DNA of 64,000 bases from Candidatus Aenigmatarchaeota archaeon (lineage in GTDB: Archaea > Aenigmatarchaeota > Aenigmatarchaeia > PWEA01), in contig JBKHHD010000001.1 in the NCBI GenBank assembly GCA_046539325.1, forward strand, positions 32,001-96,000, given 5' to 3'. Shown in pieces: positions 19,409 to 28,864 of this stretch. Position numbers and translations under genes: made by a program. The notes beneath the pieces are model-generated. The model was not told the origin of the DNA, searched no databases, and saw only the letters and a list, made by a program, of their open reading frames with translations. Within the stretch, counting starts at the first letter, position 1; every line of letters starts with the position of its first letter.

Positions 19409-19490
19409 ATTTATCGTACAAGATACTACTGAGTTTGAAGGTTTAGAAAAGTTACGGTGAGATGTAGTGCCTAAAATAAAAAGAAAGGGT

Positions 19491-19661
19491 TTACTGGAGT
19501 TCGTCCAGTCTTTCGTTAACTGCTTCCAGTTCCTTGTTGAGTTCTTTCCTGTATTCCTTCAATCTGCTTCTTTTCTCTTCAGAAGTTCTGAACCTTCTCC
19601 AATCGTTACATCCACAGCTGCAGTCACAAGAGCAGCCACAGTTGCAGTTTGTTCCGCACAC
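19491..19661 (-). CDS. 56-aa Cys-rich metallothionein-like peptide with C-terminal coiled coil
   Basis: GATGTGA-tacc-GTG: MCGTNCNCGCSCDCSCGCNDWRRFRTSEEKRSRLKEYRKELNKELEAVNERLDELQ*. Not in ORF track. Confidence 0.8.
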   Translation of the reverse strand: MCGTNCNCGCSCDCSCGCNDWRRFRTSEEKRSRLKEYRKELNKELEAVNERLDELQ

Positions 19662-19756
19662 GGTATCACATCGTAACCTACTATAAAAAATAAAGTATTT
19701 AAAGTATGGAGTTAAAAGTCGTAAAGGTACTGGGAAAAAATAAAGCGGGTGAAAGT

Positions 19757-20098
19757 ATGGATAGGAAAGATAAATGTTGCTGCGAGGATAACGTCTGTCT
19801 CTGCTCCACGGAAGGAGTTCTGGATCTAATATCCAAGAAGTGGACTTTATGTATAATCAACCACCTCGGAGATAAAGAGGAAGGATATAGGTTTAACGAG
19901 CTGGAGCGGTCAATGGACGGCATCAGCCCGAAATCACTTTCCAATAGGCTCAAGGAGCTGGAAGAACATGGCCTGGTGGAACGAGAGGTTAAGGATACAA
20001 AGCCACCGGAAGTTAGATACATACTCACCCAACAGGGAGTGGAATTAAACGAAAGGCTTGAACCACTTCTTCACTGGATAAACGAAAGAAATGGTTGA
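19757..20098 (+). CDS. HxlR-family winged-helix regulator with Cys-rich N-terminus
   Basis: GGTGA-aagt-ATG; CCCEDNVCLCS...LDLISKKWTL...RFNELERSMDGISPKSLSNRLKELEEHGLV.R...PPEVRY.LT. Confidence 0.9.
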   Translation: MDRKDKCCCEDNVCLCSTEGVLDLISKKWTLCIINHLGDKEEGYRFNELERSMDGISPKSLSNRLKELEEHGLVEREVKDTKPPEVRYILTQQGVELNERLEPLLHWINERNG

Positions 20099-20152
20099 AA
20101 GCTATCATTTAAAATATAGTGTCTAAAAATAAACTTTAAAGGAGAAGGAATA

Positions 20153-20677
20153 ATGACCGATGTCATGATGGAGCTTGAGAGGACTTTTCTGGCAAAGTAC
20201 CTTCCTGACTTGGAGGGATGTGAAAAGGTCGAGATCAAGGACATCTACGTTCCTGCGGAAATGAGACATCCTGTAATACGTATCCGTAAGAAAGGGCGTA
20301 ACTATATGATGACAAAGAAGGAACCAGAAGATGATGATGCTTCAGCACAGAACGAGTACACGATACCACTGACGGAAAGAGAATTCGGTGCTTTTGAAGA
20401 GGTGGATGGAAAGGTGCTTGTCAAGGTTAGGTATTACAAAAACTGGAACGGGAAAACAGCAGAGATAGATGTCTTCAAAGGAAAGCTGGCGGGACTTGTC
20501 CTTGTTGACTTCGAGTTTGAGAGCGAGGAACAAAAAAAGAACTTTGAACCGCCAGAGTTCTGCCTTGCGGACGTAACACAGGAAGAGTTCATAGCCGGGG
20601 GCATGCTCTGCGGGAAAAGCTACGAAGACATAAGCAATAAATTAGAAAAATGGAACTATGAGCCTATAAAGCAATAA
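20153..20677 (+). CDS. CYTH (triphosphate tunnel metalloenzyme) domain protein
   Basis: ELERTFL, IRIRKK, KVRY, AEIDVF, VDFEFES. Confidence 0.8.
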   Translation: MTDVMMELERTFLAKYLPDLEGCEKVEIKDIYVPAEMRHPVIRIRKKGRNYMMTKKEPEDDDASAQNEYTIPLTEREFGAFEEVDGKVLVKVRYYKNWNGKTAEIDVFKGKLAGLVLVDFEFESEEQKKNFEPPEFCLADVTQEEFIAGGMLCGKSYEDISNKLEKWNYEPIKQ

Positions 20678-20683
20678 AAAGAT

Positions 20684-21010
20684 TCAGCAATGTGTCTCAT
20701 TCATCTCTTCCCAGTTCCAATCTCTGTCCTTGTTGTGCTCGATTTTTTCAATAATCTTCTCTCCTATATCAATATCAAAGATACCACAGAGGTGAATTAT
20801 TCTCTGGAGTGCGTCGCCCAGCTCCTCTTCAAACCCGTCTTTGCCTTCGATGTTCTGATGACGATATGCCTCAAAGGCCTCTGTAATCTCTGAATGTATC
20901 AAAGCAATTTTTTCAGCAACATTTACCTCATCGACTTCCGTTCCAAATCCCTTTTCCTCAGCCTGTTGCATAATCATTTCCCTGAGTTCCTCAACTGTAA
21001 TATCGTCCAT
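20684..21010 (-). CDS. MazG-like nucleotide pyrophosphohydrolase
   Basis: IALIHSEITEAFEAYR...EEELGDALQRI...KIEHNKDR. Confidence 0.85.
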   Translation of the reverse strand: MDDITVEELREMIMQQAEEKGFGTEVDEVNVAEKIALIHSEITEAFEAYRHQNIEGKDGFEEELGDALQRIIHLCGIFDIDIGEKIIEKIEHNKDRDWNWEEMNETHC

Positions 21011-21142
21011 ACTGCCTTTAAGTTGTCGATTAATTCTTATAAAATCTGCCTTTCCGAGGACAAAACTAGAAAATCCATAAAAACTGCTGTGAAGCTAAAC
21101 AAACTATTTTAGGTTCATAGAGAAGAGAAATAATAGAAAAGG

Positions 21143-21436
21143 TTAGTTATCTTCGCCATGATATTCCTTAAACTTCTTCCTAATAGTACGTCTCATTCCT
21201 CCCTCTAACTTCTCATCAATAAACTCTGATATATCCTTCGCATTCTTTGCCGGTTTTGAAAGGATAGGAAGGGAGAATGGTACATTTTCGTTTTCGTACC
21301 GCCTCAGAGCACTAATAATAAGGTCGTCTTCATATGAAGAAAGTCCGTCTGAACCTTCCTCATCTCTGCGCTTTTTTTCAGACCCTTCAGCCAGGCTCTG
21401 ATATTTTTTCTCGTCTTCGACCACATCCTCGGCCAT
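21143..21436 (-). CDS. Hypothetical protein
   Basis: Acidic ORF filling the intergenic gap; ATG 21436 (MAEDVV) preferred as start. Confidence 0.55.
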   Translation of the reverse strand: MAEDVVEDEKKYQSLAEGSEKKRRDEEGSDGLSSYEDDLIISALRRYENENVPFSLPILSKPAKNAKDISEFIDEKLEGGMRRTIRKKFKEYHGEDN

Positions 21437-21538
21437 AGATATCGTGCGTAAAATTAATATAAACAAATAAAAGTGTTTGGGGTACAACCGCAATATATAA
21501 AACCTTATGGTAAAAAGTTAGTGAAAGTTGGTGTTAAA

Positions 21539-22135
21539 ATGAGGATATTCGCACTTGCGGACCCGCATGGAAATATGAGGCTCTTGAGGGAGGTACTGGA
21601 TGAAGTTAACGGTAACAACTACGATGTATTTCTGGGTCTCGGGGACTTCATGTCCAAGAAGTTCTTCTCAGAACTTGTAACAAACCTGGAGGTCGAGAAA
21701 AAATCATTTATTCCAGGAAACAGAGACTACGGCATGAAAAAGCTTCCCTATCTGAAAAACATAGACAGCTTTGATTTCAAAGAAACAAGGTTCGTAATGG
21801 TAGGGTCACATCACTTCCCAAACCTGAAGCAAAAGGTTCTTGATAGATTTGAGGACGTGGACCCAAGAAAGGTCATAGTAGGATCACACGAACCACCAGA
21901 GAGAGCAAGGGACGAAGTACATGGTGGAGCGAGGATAGGCGTTCCTGAGTTCAGAGAAATAATAGACGAAAAAAAGCCTCTTGCGTGGTTGTGCGGCCAC
22001 GTACACGAGGCAGAAGGCGTTTCAACAGTAGGTGAGACAAAGGTAGTCAACGCAGCGGCTTCACAGGAAGTACTTGGCTACAGACTTACTGTAGAAGACA
22101 ACAAGCTCAAGGAAGTAAAAAGGCTGGAAAGATGA
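21539..22135 (+). CDS. Calcineurin-like metallophosphoesterase (Icc-like)
   Basis: ADPHGN, LGDF, PGNRD, SHEPP, CGHVHE. Confidence 0.88.
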   Translation: MRIFALADPHGNMRLLREVLDEVNGNNYDVFLGLGDFMSKKFFSELVTNLEVEKKSFIPGNRDYGMKKLPYLKNIDSFDFKETRFVMVGSHHFPNLKQKVLDRFEDVDPRKVIVGSHEPPERARDEVHGGARIGVPEFREIIDEKKPLAWLCGHVHEAEGVSTVGETKVVNAAASQEVLGYRLTVEDNKLKEVKRLER

Positions 22136-22884
22136 AATTTCTCAAGGAAAGACCTGCTCTGCTTCTCGAGGAGCTCGACAAAAGAACTCTTGTGATAGCA
22201 GATCTGCACCTCGGTTTGGAGTATGAAATCTACAAGAAAGGAATCTCTATCCCACCAAGGGTCGACAAGCAGAAGGAAAGGATAAATGATCTTGTCGAAG
22301 AAACAAAAGCGGAGGGGATTATTCTACTGGGTGACGTAAAGCATAACGTCCCCCGGACTTCTATATCCGAAAAGGAAAGGCTGCCTGAATTCTTCAAGGA
22401 GCTTTCCGAAAAGGTGGATGTAACGATAGTTAAAGGGAACCACGATGGAAATATAGAGAAGCTTGTCGAAGAAACGGAAGTGGAGGTAACAACTACAAAG
22501 GGCTTCAAAGAGGACAGGTTTTATTTCAACCACGGACAGTCCTGGCCCGGTGAAGAAATAAAGAAATCAAAAATACTTCTGAGGGGCCACTCACACCCAG
22601 CAGTAGAGTTTGAAGACAGCCTCGGCTTTTCTTCTACTGTACCTTGCTGGATAAGAGGTCCTGTAAGAAGCGGGGTTCTCGAAGAAAAATACGTTGACAC
22701 AGTAAAGCTAGAGGAGATAATAATACTTCCTGCCTTCAATCAACTGATAACAGGGATGCCTATGAATAAAGAGAAGGAAAAGAAGCTTCTTGGGCCTATC
22801 CTTGAAAACGGAGCCATGGACATAGATGAGTCAAAGGTTCATCTTCTCGATAGCACTTACATAGGAAAGCTCGAGGATCTCTAG
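22132..22884 (+). CDS. Metallophosphoesterase (archaeal SbcD/Mre11-related family)
   Basis: IADLHLG, LGDVKH, KGNHDG, GHSHP, PAFN. Confidence 0.88.
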   Translation: MKFLKERPALLLEELDKRTLVIADLHLGLEYEIYKKGISIPPRVDKQKERINDLVEETKAEGIILLGDVKHNVPRTSISEKERLPEFFKELSEKVDVTIVKGNHDGNIEKLVEETEVEVTTTKGFKEDRFYFNHGQSWPGEEIKKSKILLRGHSHPAVEFEDSLGFSSTVPCWIRGPVRSGVLEEKYVDTVKLEEIIILPAFNQLITGMPMNKEKEKKLLGPILENGAMDIDESKVHLLDSTYIGKLEDL

Positions 22885-23963
22885 AATGGCCTCTCGTCTC
22901 TTCTTAGTTTGTATAGGGAAGGTACGTCACCTACCTTGTCCTGTAGTGAAGAATATATGAACTGAAGCTCTTCCTCCTTGAGACTAGCTCTCTTATCAGC
23001 TTCTATAAGAACAGTAGGTATAGCATACTCCTCGTTGTCTGCTGAAAGAGAAAGAAGTTTTGAAGCTATCATGTCAGCTGTCTCCGTGGGATCTCCAGAA
23101 GCATAGAAATCAACTCTCAGTGGTCTGTCGTATTCCGTTGCCTTCAGGTAAAAGGAATAGATGTTTTCAAGAATATTTTTTGGGAGGTAGGACTTCTCGA
23201 AGTCGTCACAGTATCTGAAATATGAGGTCCTTTCGCCCTGTTTCAACACATAAAACAACAGGTTTGTGTCTCTGGTACCTTTCAAAATATCTTTAAGGTT
23301 TTTCTTCTTTTCGCTTTTGACCTTCTCAAGTATATCATCTGAAACTATCTTAGAAAACTTTCTTGATCTGGAATCTTCAGAAACGCCTGCAAGAAGACAG
23401 GGTGGGCTATTTAAGATCTCACCGTAGGTTTCAAGGACATCTTCAAACTTTTCCTTTACATCAGAGTCCTCGCTTGGATTTGTGGAAGGGTGTGGTACTA
23501 TAGAGCCATCCATTAGAAGGAGACTTAGATCCTTCCTATTCATAGTCTTAAGTGCTATATCTGCCTCTATCTCCATTCTCTCGAGGTTTGCAGCAAGTGA
23601 GAAGTCCTCTCTGGAAAGAGGTTCTGTGAAGACAGAAAGCTTAGGGGTAGGCAGGGAACTGGGATAATAACTTACGTTTTCCAAGCCGTCATTGAAATCA
23701 AATACGACCGCAACGGCCTTAGTAAGGACCAGGTCAACTGCATGGTAGGACTTTTTTAGAAGCCCGCCGTCTATACCACATATACTTCCTCCGCTCAAAT
23801 CACCTTCTTCCACCTCTATAGATATCTTCTTCTCAGGAATCTTTTCTCCTTCTATCTCTTCATCCTTTACCTCCTGAAGAAAGTTACCAAGCCTCTTCCT
23901 CTTGCTTTCCAGCCTTTCGACCTTCCCTGCTATATCATCAAGCTCCGAAAGAATCTCCTGCAT
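22881..23963 (-). CDS. nurA: NurA 5'-3' nuclease
   Basis: GIDGG, ERMEIE, LMDGSI, PLRVDF, YAIPTVLIEADKRA; herA/mre11/rad50 nearby. Confidence 0.88.
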   Translation of the reverse strand: MQEILSELDDIAGKVERLESKRKRLGNFLQEVKDEEIEGEKIPEKKISIEVEEGDLSGGSICGIDGGLLKKSYHAVDLVLTKAVAVVFDFNDGLENVSYYPSSLPTPKLSVFTEPLSREDFSLAANLERMEIEADIALKTMNRKDLSLLLMDGSIVPHPSTNPSEDSDVKEKFEDVLETYGEILNSPPCLLAGVSEDSRSRKFSKIVSDDILEKVKSEKKKNLKDILKGTRDTNLLFYVLKQGERTSYFRYCDDFEKSYLPKNILENIYSFYLKATEYDRPLRVDFYASGDPTETADMIASKLLSLSADNEEYAIPTVLIEADKRASLKEEELQFIYSSLQDKVGDVPSLYKLRRDERPF

Positions 23964-24029
23964 AACTTAAATAAATCCCGCCAAATTAATAAAACTAGCC
24001 AGTATTTATGAGCAGTGAGATCAGGTAAA

Positions 24030-24311
24030 ATGGACCATGAAATAATAAAAGAAGCTATAGAGAGGATACGCGGACTCCCGACCTTTTCAAGGATACGAGA
24101 TGAACTTAGGGAGAAGTTTGCTCTGAAGATCGACGAAAAGGAGCTGAAAGAGGACCTAGAAGAGATGATGAGACAGGAAAAAATAAAGGAAAAGGAAACA
24201 ACAATAAAAGGAACAAGATTTAAAGGGTATACCGTTGTAAGAGAAGAAAAACAAGAGGAAGAAGAGGAAAAGTCAAAGGAAGAGGAGGTAATAGATGAGG
24301 TATTTGGTTAA
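24030..24311 (+). CDS. Hypothetical winged-helix-like protein
   Basis: Helical N-terminus, wing-like TIKGTRFKGYTVV, acidic tail. Confidence 0.55.
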   Translation: MDHEIIKEAIERIRGLPTFSRIRDELREKFALKIDEKELKEDLEEMMRQEKIKEKETTIKGTRFKGYTVVREEKQEEEEEKSKEEEVIDEVFG

Positions 24312-24501
24312 AAATGTTTTTTCGGTAGTAAGATTTCTCAAAAATAATAAATCAAAGGGTGGAATAATAGGAAAGCTTGTTAAGCTGTTTCTCGTAGGCC
24401 TTGTGTTTACCTTTTTAACATGGCTACTGTTCGGTGAAGCACTCCACCCAAAACAGATACTCCTACTACCAATCTATGCGCTGTTGAAGGCAGGTGGGTA
24501 G
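24295..24501 (+). CDS. Small hypothetical membrane protein
   Basis: GAGGTA SD; two hydrophobic segments. Confidence 0.5.
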   Translation: MRYLVKNVFSVVRFLKNNKSKGGIIGKLVKLFLVGLVFTFLTWLLFGEALHPKQILLLPIYALLKAGG

Positions 24502-24654
24502 TTATAAAAGTGTGTAGCTACTTTCCTTTTCAGGTCTATTTACCTCATGGCAGTCCTTGCACTTTGTTACCTTTTCAGAATCCCGAGGATTTTTAACAAA
24601 ACCAAGGTTCGAGCCATCAAGTTCACATCCACATACATCACACTTCAAAGACAT
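24502..24654 (-). CDS. 50-aa zinc-ribbon microprotein (2 CxxC)
   Basis: Perfect GGGAGGTGA-aaggc-ATG; MSLKCDVCGCELDGSNLGFVKNPRDSEKVTKCKDCHEVNRPEKESSYTLL*. Not in ORF track. Confidence 0.8.
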   Translation of the reverse strand: MSLKCDVCGCELDGSNLGFVKNPRDSEKVTKCKDCHEVNRPEKESSYTLL

Positions 24655-24802
24655 GCCTTTCACCTCCCAAAAACGTCTTAAAGAAAATCCTTTTCAAGAT
24701 ATTCCATATTAGCACTGTAACTATATAAAATCTTTGTTGTTACCTAAGGGAAATTAATACTTCCAATAAAGCTTTTTAACTTTTGGCGAGTAATTCATCT
24801 GT

Positions 24803-25129
24803 ATGCCGGAGTGTAACACGTGTGGAAAAATTTTTGATTCAGAAAGAGGGCTTCACATACACCAATCCCGAGTCCACGCAAGTAAATCCGAAGGAACAGA
24901 TCAAACCAAATCAACCAAGTTCCTCGAGGTAAAATCAATAAGACCCTGGATAGTTGCTGCAGTAATAATAATTCTAGGCTTAGGCCTGATAATCGCCACA
25001 GATGAGGTTGAAACTGAACGAAAAGAGGACGGTTTGGAGGAAAGCTTCAGCAGGGATTTGAAGCTTGTGGTGGAGGAAAATGAAACAGAAGACAAAGCAA
25101 AGGAAGTTGATGACTATGCCGAGGGATGA
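24803..25129 (+). CDS. C2H2 zinc finger + transmembrane helix protein
   Basis: CNTCGKIFDSERGLHIHQSRVH followed by WIVAAVIIILGLGLIIA. Confidence 0.75.
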   Translation: MPECNTCGKIFDSERGLHIHQSRVHASKSEGTDQTKSTKFLEVKSIRPWIVAAVIIILGLGLIIATDEVETERKEDGLEESFSRDLKLVVEENETEDKAKEVDDYAEG

Positions 25130-25442
25130 AGAAAGAAGAAGGGCACCTGCGATACATAAGAAAATTGACAGCATAGAGGAAGAAGATATAAGGGTGGCTA
25201 TAATAGGGACCCTAGTTGATCGAGGAGAAACGAAAGTAGTAGTGGACGACGGAACAGGAAGTATGGACGTGAGCTTTGACCTATCGAAGGATTTGGGAAG
25301 GTTTGAGGAAGGTAATCTTGTAAGAGTTGTCGGAAAACCTTCCAATGGATCCCTGGACGGAGAAGCGATACAGGACTTTGAGGACTTCGACGTAGAGCTT
25401 TACAGGGGAGCAAAACAGAAGTTGGAAGAGCTCAGAGAATAA
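25110..25442 (+). CDS. Small OB-fold protein (RPA small-subunit-like)
   Basis: RRAPA...RVAIIGTLVD...VVDDGTGS...VRVVGK; start 25110 or 25116. Confidence 0.75.
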   Translation: MTMPRDEERRRAPAIHKKIDSIEEEDIRVAIIGTLVDRGETKVVVDDGTGSMDVSFDLSKDLGRFEEGNLVRVVGKPSNGSLDGEAIQDFEDFDVELYRGAKQKLEELRE

Positions 25443-25483
25443 GTTTTCTAAAGATAAAAGCTTCAACTACCATAGTTATATCC

Positions 25484-26806
25484 ATGCCAGGTAAGACTCC
25501 TATAAAGAAGGTAAGCACCAAGAAGGAAGTAAAGACCTTTTCCGAAGAGGTAGCACCCAAACTTGATCCAAAGGCAAGGAACATGTGCCTCAAGTGCCGG
25601 GGAGCAAAGAAGCTCTGCGGTAAGGAAAAATGCCCAGTTCTACAGAAATACTACTCACAGGTCGGTGATGAGAGGAAAAACAGGTTCGACACGAAGGAGA
25701 TAGAAGGGAACTCGCCGCCTTCTGTTTTTGTTGGAAGATACAACTACCCAAATGTCAACGTTGGTCCTCTTGTCCCTCCTGAGAAAGGCGACACGTCCAT
25801 ATACTCAAGACCTGAGAAATGGTTCGGCAGTGCAGGAATAAACGATATTATAGAGATGAGAGGGAGTCTTGCAAGAGGCAAAAAAAAGCTTTCCGGGGAC
25901 GCAAAAGTAAAGAATATAGGAAGGGATGAGCAGGAGGTTAGATACCTTGCGCTCTCAAAGAACCCAGCCGAGACCGAGGTCAAGTTCAAGAAGAATCTCA
26001 ACAATTCGATGAAGCTGGATGGAAGGTCACAGCCACATGGTCCTTCTGGTCCCATGGAGTCGTTCAGAAGAGGGACCATGAGCTCCGATCAGCGTCTGGA
26101 AAAAATATTCTACGACAAAGACCTTAAGGCAAACAAAGCCGTCAAAAAGCTGTACAGTAAAGGCGTTCCTGTCTCCAGAATACAGGACATATTTGCCGTT
26201 GGTGGTACCGGCATCAAGGACAACAGAAAGTTCGTGCCAACCAGGTGGAGTATAACAGCTGTAGATGACATTTTAGGAAAAGACCTGAGGAGAAGCGTTA
26301 AAGGCTATCAAAAAATAAACGAGTGGCGTGTATATGAAACCAACTACCTAGACAACCAATGGGTAATTATATTCACACCGGAAACCTGGCGCTACGAGCT
26401 TATAGAAGCCTTCTACCCTGAAACGACATGGAACCCTTCGAAGGACTCGATAACTATCTTCGGCGATCACGAGGAGTTCGACGGCAGAGACGAATACGCT
26501 TCTATTGGAGGCTGTTACTACTCGGCAAGGCTTGCTGTGCTGGAGAAGCTGGAGGAGGAAAGGAGACAGGCAGGAGCCATAGTTTTAAGGGAAGCAAAAC
26601 CTGGATATATACTTCCAGTGGGCGTATGGAACGTGAGGGAATCAGTGAGGAGCGCTCTCAAAGAAAGTCCTGTGAAGTTTGAAGATCGAAAGAAGACCTT
26701 TGAACATCTTAAACAGACACTGGACCTGGAATTCGGACAGTGGTTATCGGTCTCGAGGCTTCTCACAAGCAGGGAAAAACAAGAAAATCTCAAATCATTT
26801 ATTTGA
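25484..26806 (+). CDS. nreA: Nre-family PCNA-interacting DNA repair protein
   Basis: CLKCRGAKKLCGKEKCP, SPPSVFVGRYNYP, VPTRWSITAVDD, GGCYYSARL, PVGVWNVRE, C-terminal PIP box QENLKSFI. Confidence 0.92.
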   Translation: MPGKTPIKKVSTKKEVKTFSEEVAPKLDPKARNMCLKCRGAKKLCGKEKCPVLQKYYSQVGDERKNRFDTKEIEGNSPPSVFVGRYNYPNVNVGPLVPPEKGDTSIYSRPEKWFGSAGINDIIEMRGSLARGKKKLSGDAKVKNIGRDEQEVRYLALSKNPAETEVKFKKNLNNSMKLDGRSQPHGPSGPMESFRRGTMSSDQRLEKIFYDKDLKANKAVKKLYSKGVPVSRIQDIFAVGGTGIKDNRKFVPTRWSITAVDDILGKDLRRSVKGYQKINEWRVYETNYLDNQWVIIFTPETWRYELIEAFYPETTWNPSKDSITIFGDHEEFDGRDEYASIGGCYYSARLAVLEKLEEERRQAGAIVLREAKPGYILPVGVWNVRESVRSALKESPVKFEDRKKTFEHLKQTLDLEFGQWLSVSRLLTSREKQENLKSFI

Positions 26807-27293
26807 TATAGTAGCCTACACTATCTTCCTCGACCTTGAGGCTTTCATCGACCTTCTCTTTCATAGTACTGAGCAACTTGAGAACTCTTCCTTTGTCAAG
26901 TATATCGTTTTCGAAAATCGAGAGGGCAAGGTAGTCTTCACCCTTCCTTATAACGCCAGATGCTTTAGGATTCTCAGAGATATCTTCAACTGCTTCTCTG
27001 GATATCTCATCTATAGACCTGTAAAACTCCCTTTCCTTTACGGCAGGATACGGATCTCTTTTCATTGCATTCTCCCTAAGCCTCTCACCAACCTTTAATA
27101 CAAAGGCTGTATCAAAATTAGCGCCTGAAGCCCTCTCTAGCCAGTCCTTGTGTTCCTGAGGTATAGGATAGGAAAAGTAATCTTCGGTCACTAATCCAAG
27201 GGGAGGAATGTCTTCAGGAAAGTTTCCAATATCGTACTCAGAAAGAACCTCCCTGTATCTCTCACAATAACTATCCACTAAAGACTTCGACAT
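26799..27293 (-). CDS. Hypothetical protein
   Basis: 164-aa acidic ORF with host-like composition. Confidence 0.6.
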   Translation of the reverse strand: MSKSLVDSYCERYREVLSEYDIGNFPEDIPPLGLVTEDYFSYPIPQEHKDWLERASGANFDTAFVLKVGERLRENAMKRDPYPAVKEREFYRSIDEISREAVEDISENPKASGVIRKGEDYLALSIFENDILDKGRVLKLLSTMKEKVDESLKVEEDSVGYYIK

Positions 27294-27332
27294 ATTTAGT
27301 TTACAAGTAGAAAAATATTTATTTTTTACTGT

Positions 27333-28421
27333 TCAGAATCTTAGCTCTACAACGTCCTCGTCCCTAAGTCTATGGTCCTCGCCCACCTTTTGGCCAGGGA
27401 ACTTCGCGCTGCCGCCCCAGATCTTAGCATACTTCAAATCCTTGGAAAACTTCTTGTCTAAGGATTCCATAATATCTTCCACTGTCGATTTCCTTTTAAC
27501 GATCAAAGGCTCCTCCCTGTCCGGTTCTTTTCCTCTTTTCTTCATATAAATTCTCATCATACCAAGTCCTTCCCACAGCCTTTTCTTGAACTCACCAAGA
27601 TTCTCGCTCTCTTCTGCCGAGACAAACACCCAGTCCTGCCTTTCCTCCTTCATTTTCGCCAGCCTTTCATCATCTATCTCATCCGTCTTGTTAAGGCAGA
27701 CTATACCGGGCATATAAACCCTGTTGTTCATTAGCCCGTCTATAAATTCGTCCAGACTTAAGTCCTCTCTAACTACAACCTTACAGTTTACGAAACCGTG
27801 GTCTTTAAGCACCTCCTTCATTGTTTCCTCTTCCAGATCAACGTCCTCGGTTGTTGAAATTTCTATTCCACCTTCTCCTCTTTCGAAAACGTCCATGTTA
27901 GGAGGCTTTTCGTTGAGCCTTATTCCAGAGCCGTAAAGCTCCTCCCTCATATCCTTGATCCTGTTAATGTTCTCGCTGTCGGCGACCAGAACGACCATAT
28001 CCGAGCTTCTCACCACGGACAGTACCTGCTTTCCACCACCCTTGTCCTCGGCAGCGCCGCTTATGAGTCCTGGTACGTCCAGTATCTGAATATTAGCTCC
28101 TTTGTATTCCATCATCCCAGGTATTACTTCGAGGGTTGTGAACTCGTAGCCCGCTACCTCAGAATCCGCGTTTGTAAGTTTGTTCAGAAGCGTGGACTTG
28201 CCCACGGAAGGTGGACCGACCAACGACACGGTTGCATCGCCTCTCTGTTTCACCGCGTATCCCTGGCCTGAGGCCTGACTCTCCTTCTGCTTCTGCTCCT
28301 TCTCCTCCTTCAATCGCGCTATCTTCGCCTTCAGGCGGCCGCGCTCAGTCTCCGTAGACTTGTTGACAGGCGTGTCCCTCAGCTTCTCCTTCGTCTTCTC
28401 TATATCATCCTCAAGAGCCAT
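27333..28421 (-). CDS. DRG/OBG-family GTPase with TGS domain
   Basis: GPPSVGKS, YEFTTL, DVPG, NKTD, SAE, C-terminal TGS (WGGSAKFPGQKVG..H.L.DEDVV). Confidence 0.93.
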   Translation of the reverse strand: MALEDDIEKTKEKLRDTPVNKSTETERGRLKAKIARLKEEKEQKQKESQASGQGYAVKQRGDATVSLVGPPSVGKSTLLNKLTNADSEVAGYEFTTLEVIPGMMEYKGANIQILDVPGLISGAAEDKGGGKQVLSVVRSSDMVVLVADSENINRIKDMREELYGSGIRLNEKPPNMDVFERGEGGIEISTTEDVDLEEETMKEVLKDHGFVNCKVVVREDLSLDEFIDGLMNNRVYMPGIVCLNKTDEIDDERLAKMKEERQDWVFVSAEESENLGEFKKRLWEGLGMMRIYMKKRGKEPDREEPLIVKRKSTVEDIMESLDKKFSKDLKYAKIWGGSAKFPGQKVGEDHRLRDEDVVELRF

Positions 28422-28482
28422 GGTTTAAACTGGCAGGCAAAATGTATAAAAATTTTACCATAGAAACAGTACAGGTGAAAAA

Positions 28483-28842
28483 ATGTATGACGAAGAAAAT
28501 ATGCTACCGGTACAGAGAGAAATCTACGAAATAAGCAGCGAGGAAATAAGAGACTGGATCAAAAACAACGAAGGCTATGGAGAGACGAACGCGACAACAG
28601 TATCATCCATCGAGGAAAGCAAGAACGGGGAAGAATCCTGCATACACAAAATAATAGATCTGCGCCCGGAGGAAAACGAAGCAATAGAAGTGATAGGGAA
28701 AGAAAACGAGGGATTGAAAAACTACGTGGAAGTAAGAAAACATTCGGAAGACGGCATGGTGAATAATTACGAGGGTTGGATAAAATACACCGGACAGAGA
28801 GTTGAAGAGGTAGTCAGCTTCTTCGAGGAAAAACTTACTTAA
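28483..28842 (+). CDS. Hypothetical protein
   Basis: AGGTGA-aaaa-ATG; 119-aa acidic ORF. Confidence 0.65.
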   Translation: MYDEENMLPVQREIYEISSEEIRDWIKNNEGYGETNATTVSSIEESKNGEESCIHKIIDLRPEENEAIEVIGKENEGLKNYVEVRKHSEDGMVNNYEGWIKYTGQRVEEVVSFFEEKLT

Positions 28843-28864
28843 GATTTGCCTCAAAACCTGTTCT

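Noticed and set aside
13748-24000. Integrated element at tRNA-Pro
   Set aside because: No integrase, no duplicated tRNA end, and the flanking genes are housekeeping.
24678-24707. Possible 9-aa leader peptide MEYLEKDFL before the Zn-ribbon gene
   Set aside because: The ATG lies upstream of the TSS predicted from the TATA box at 24729-22.
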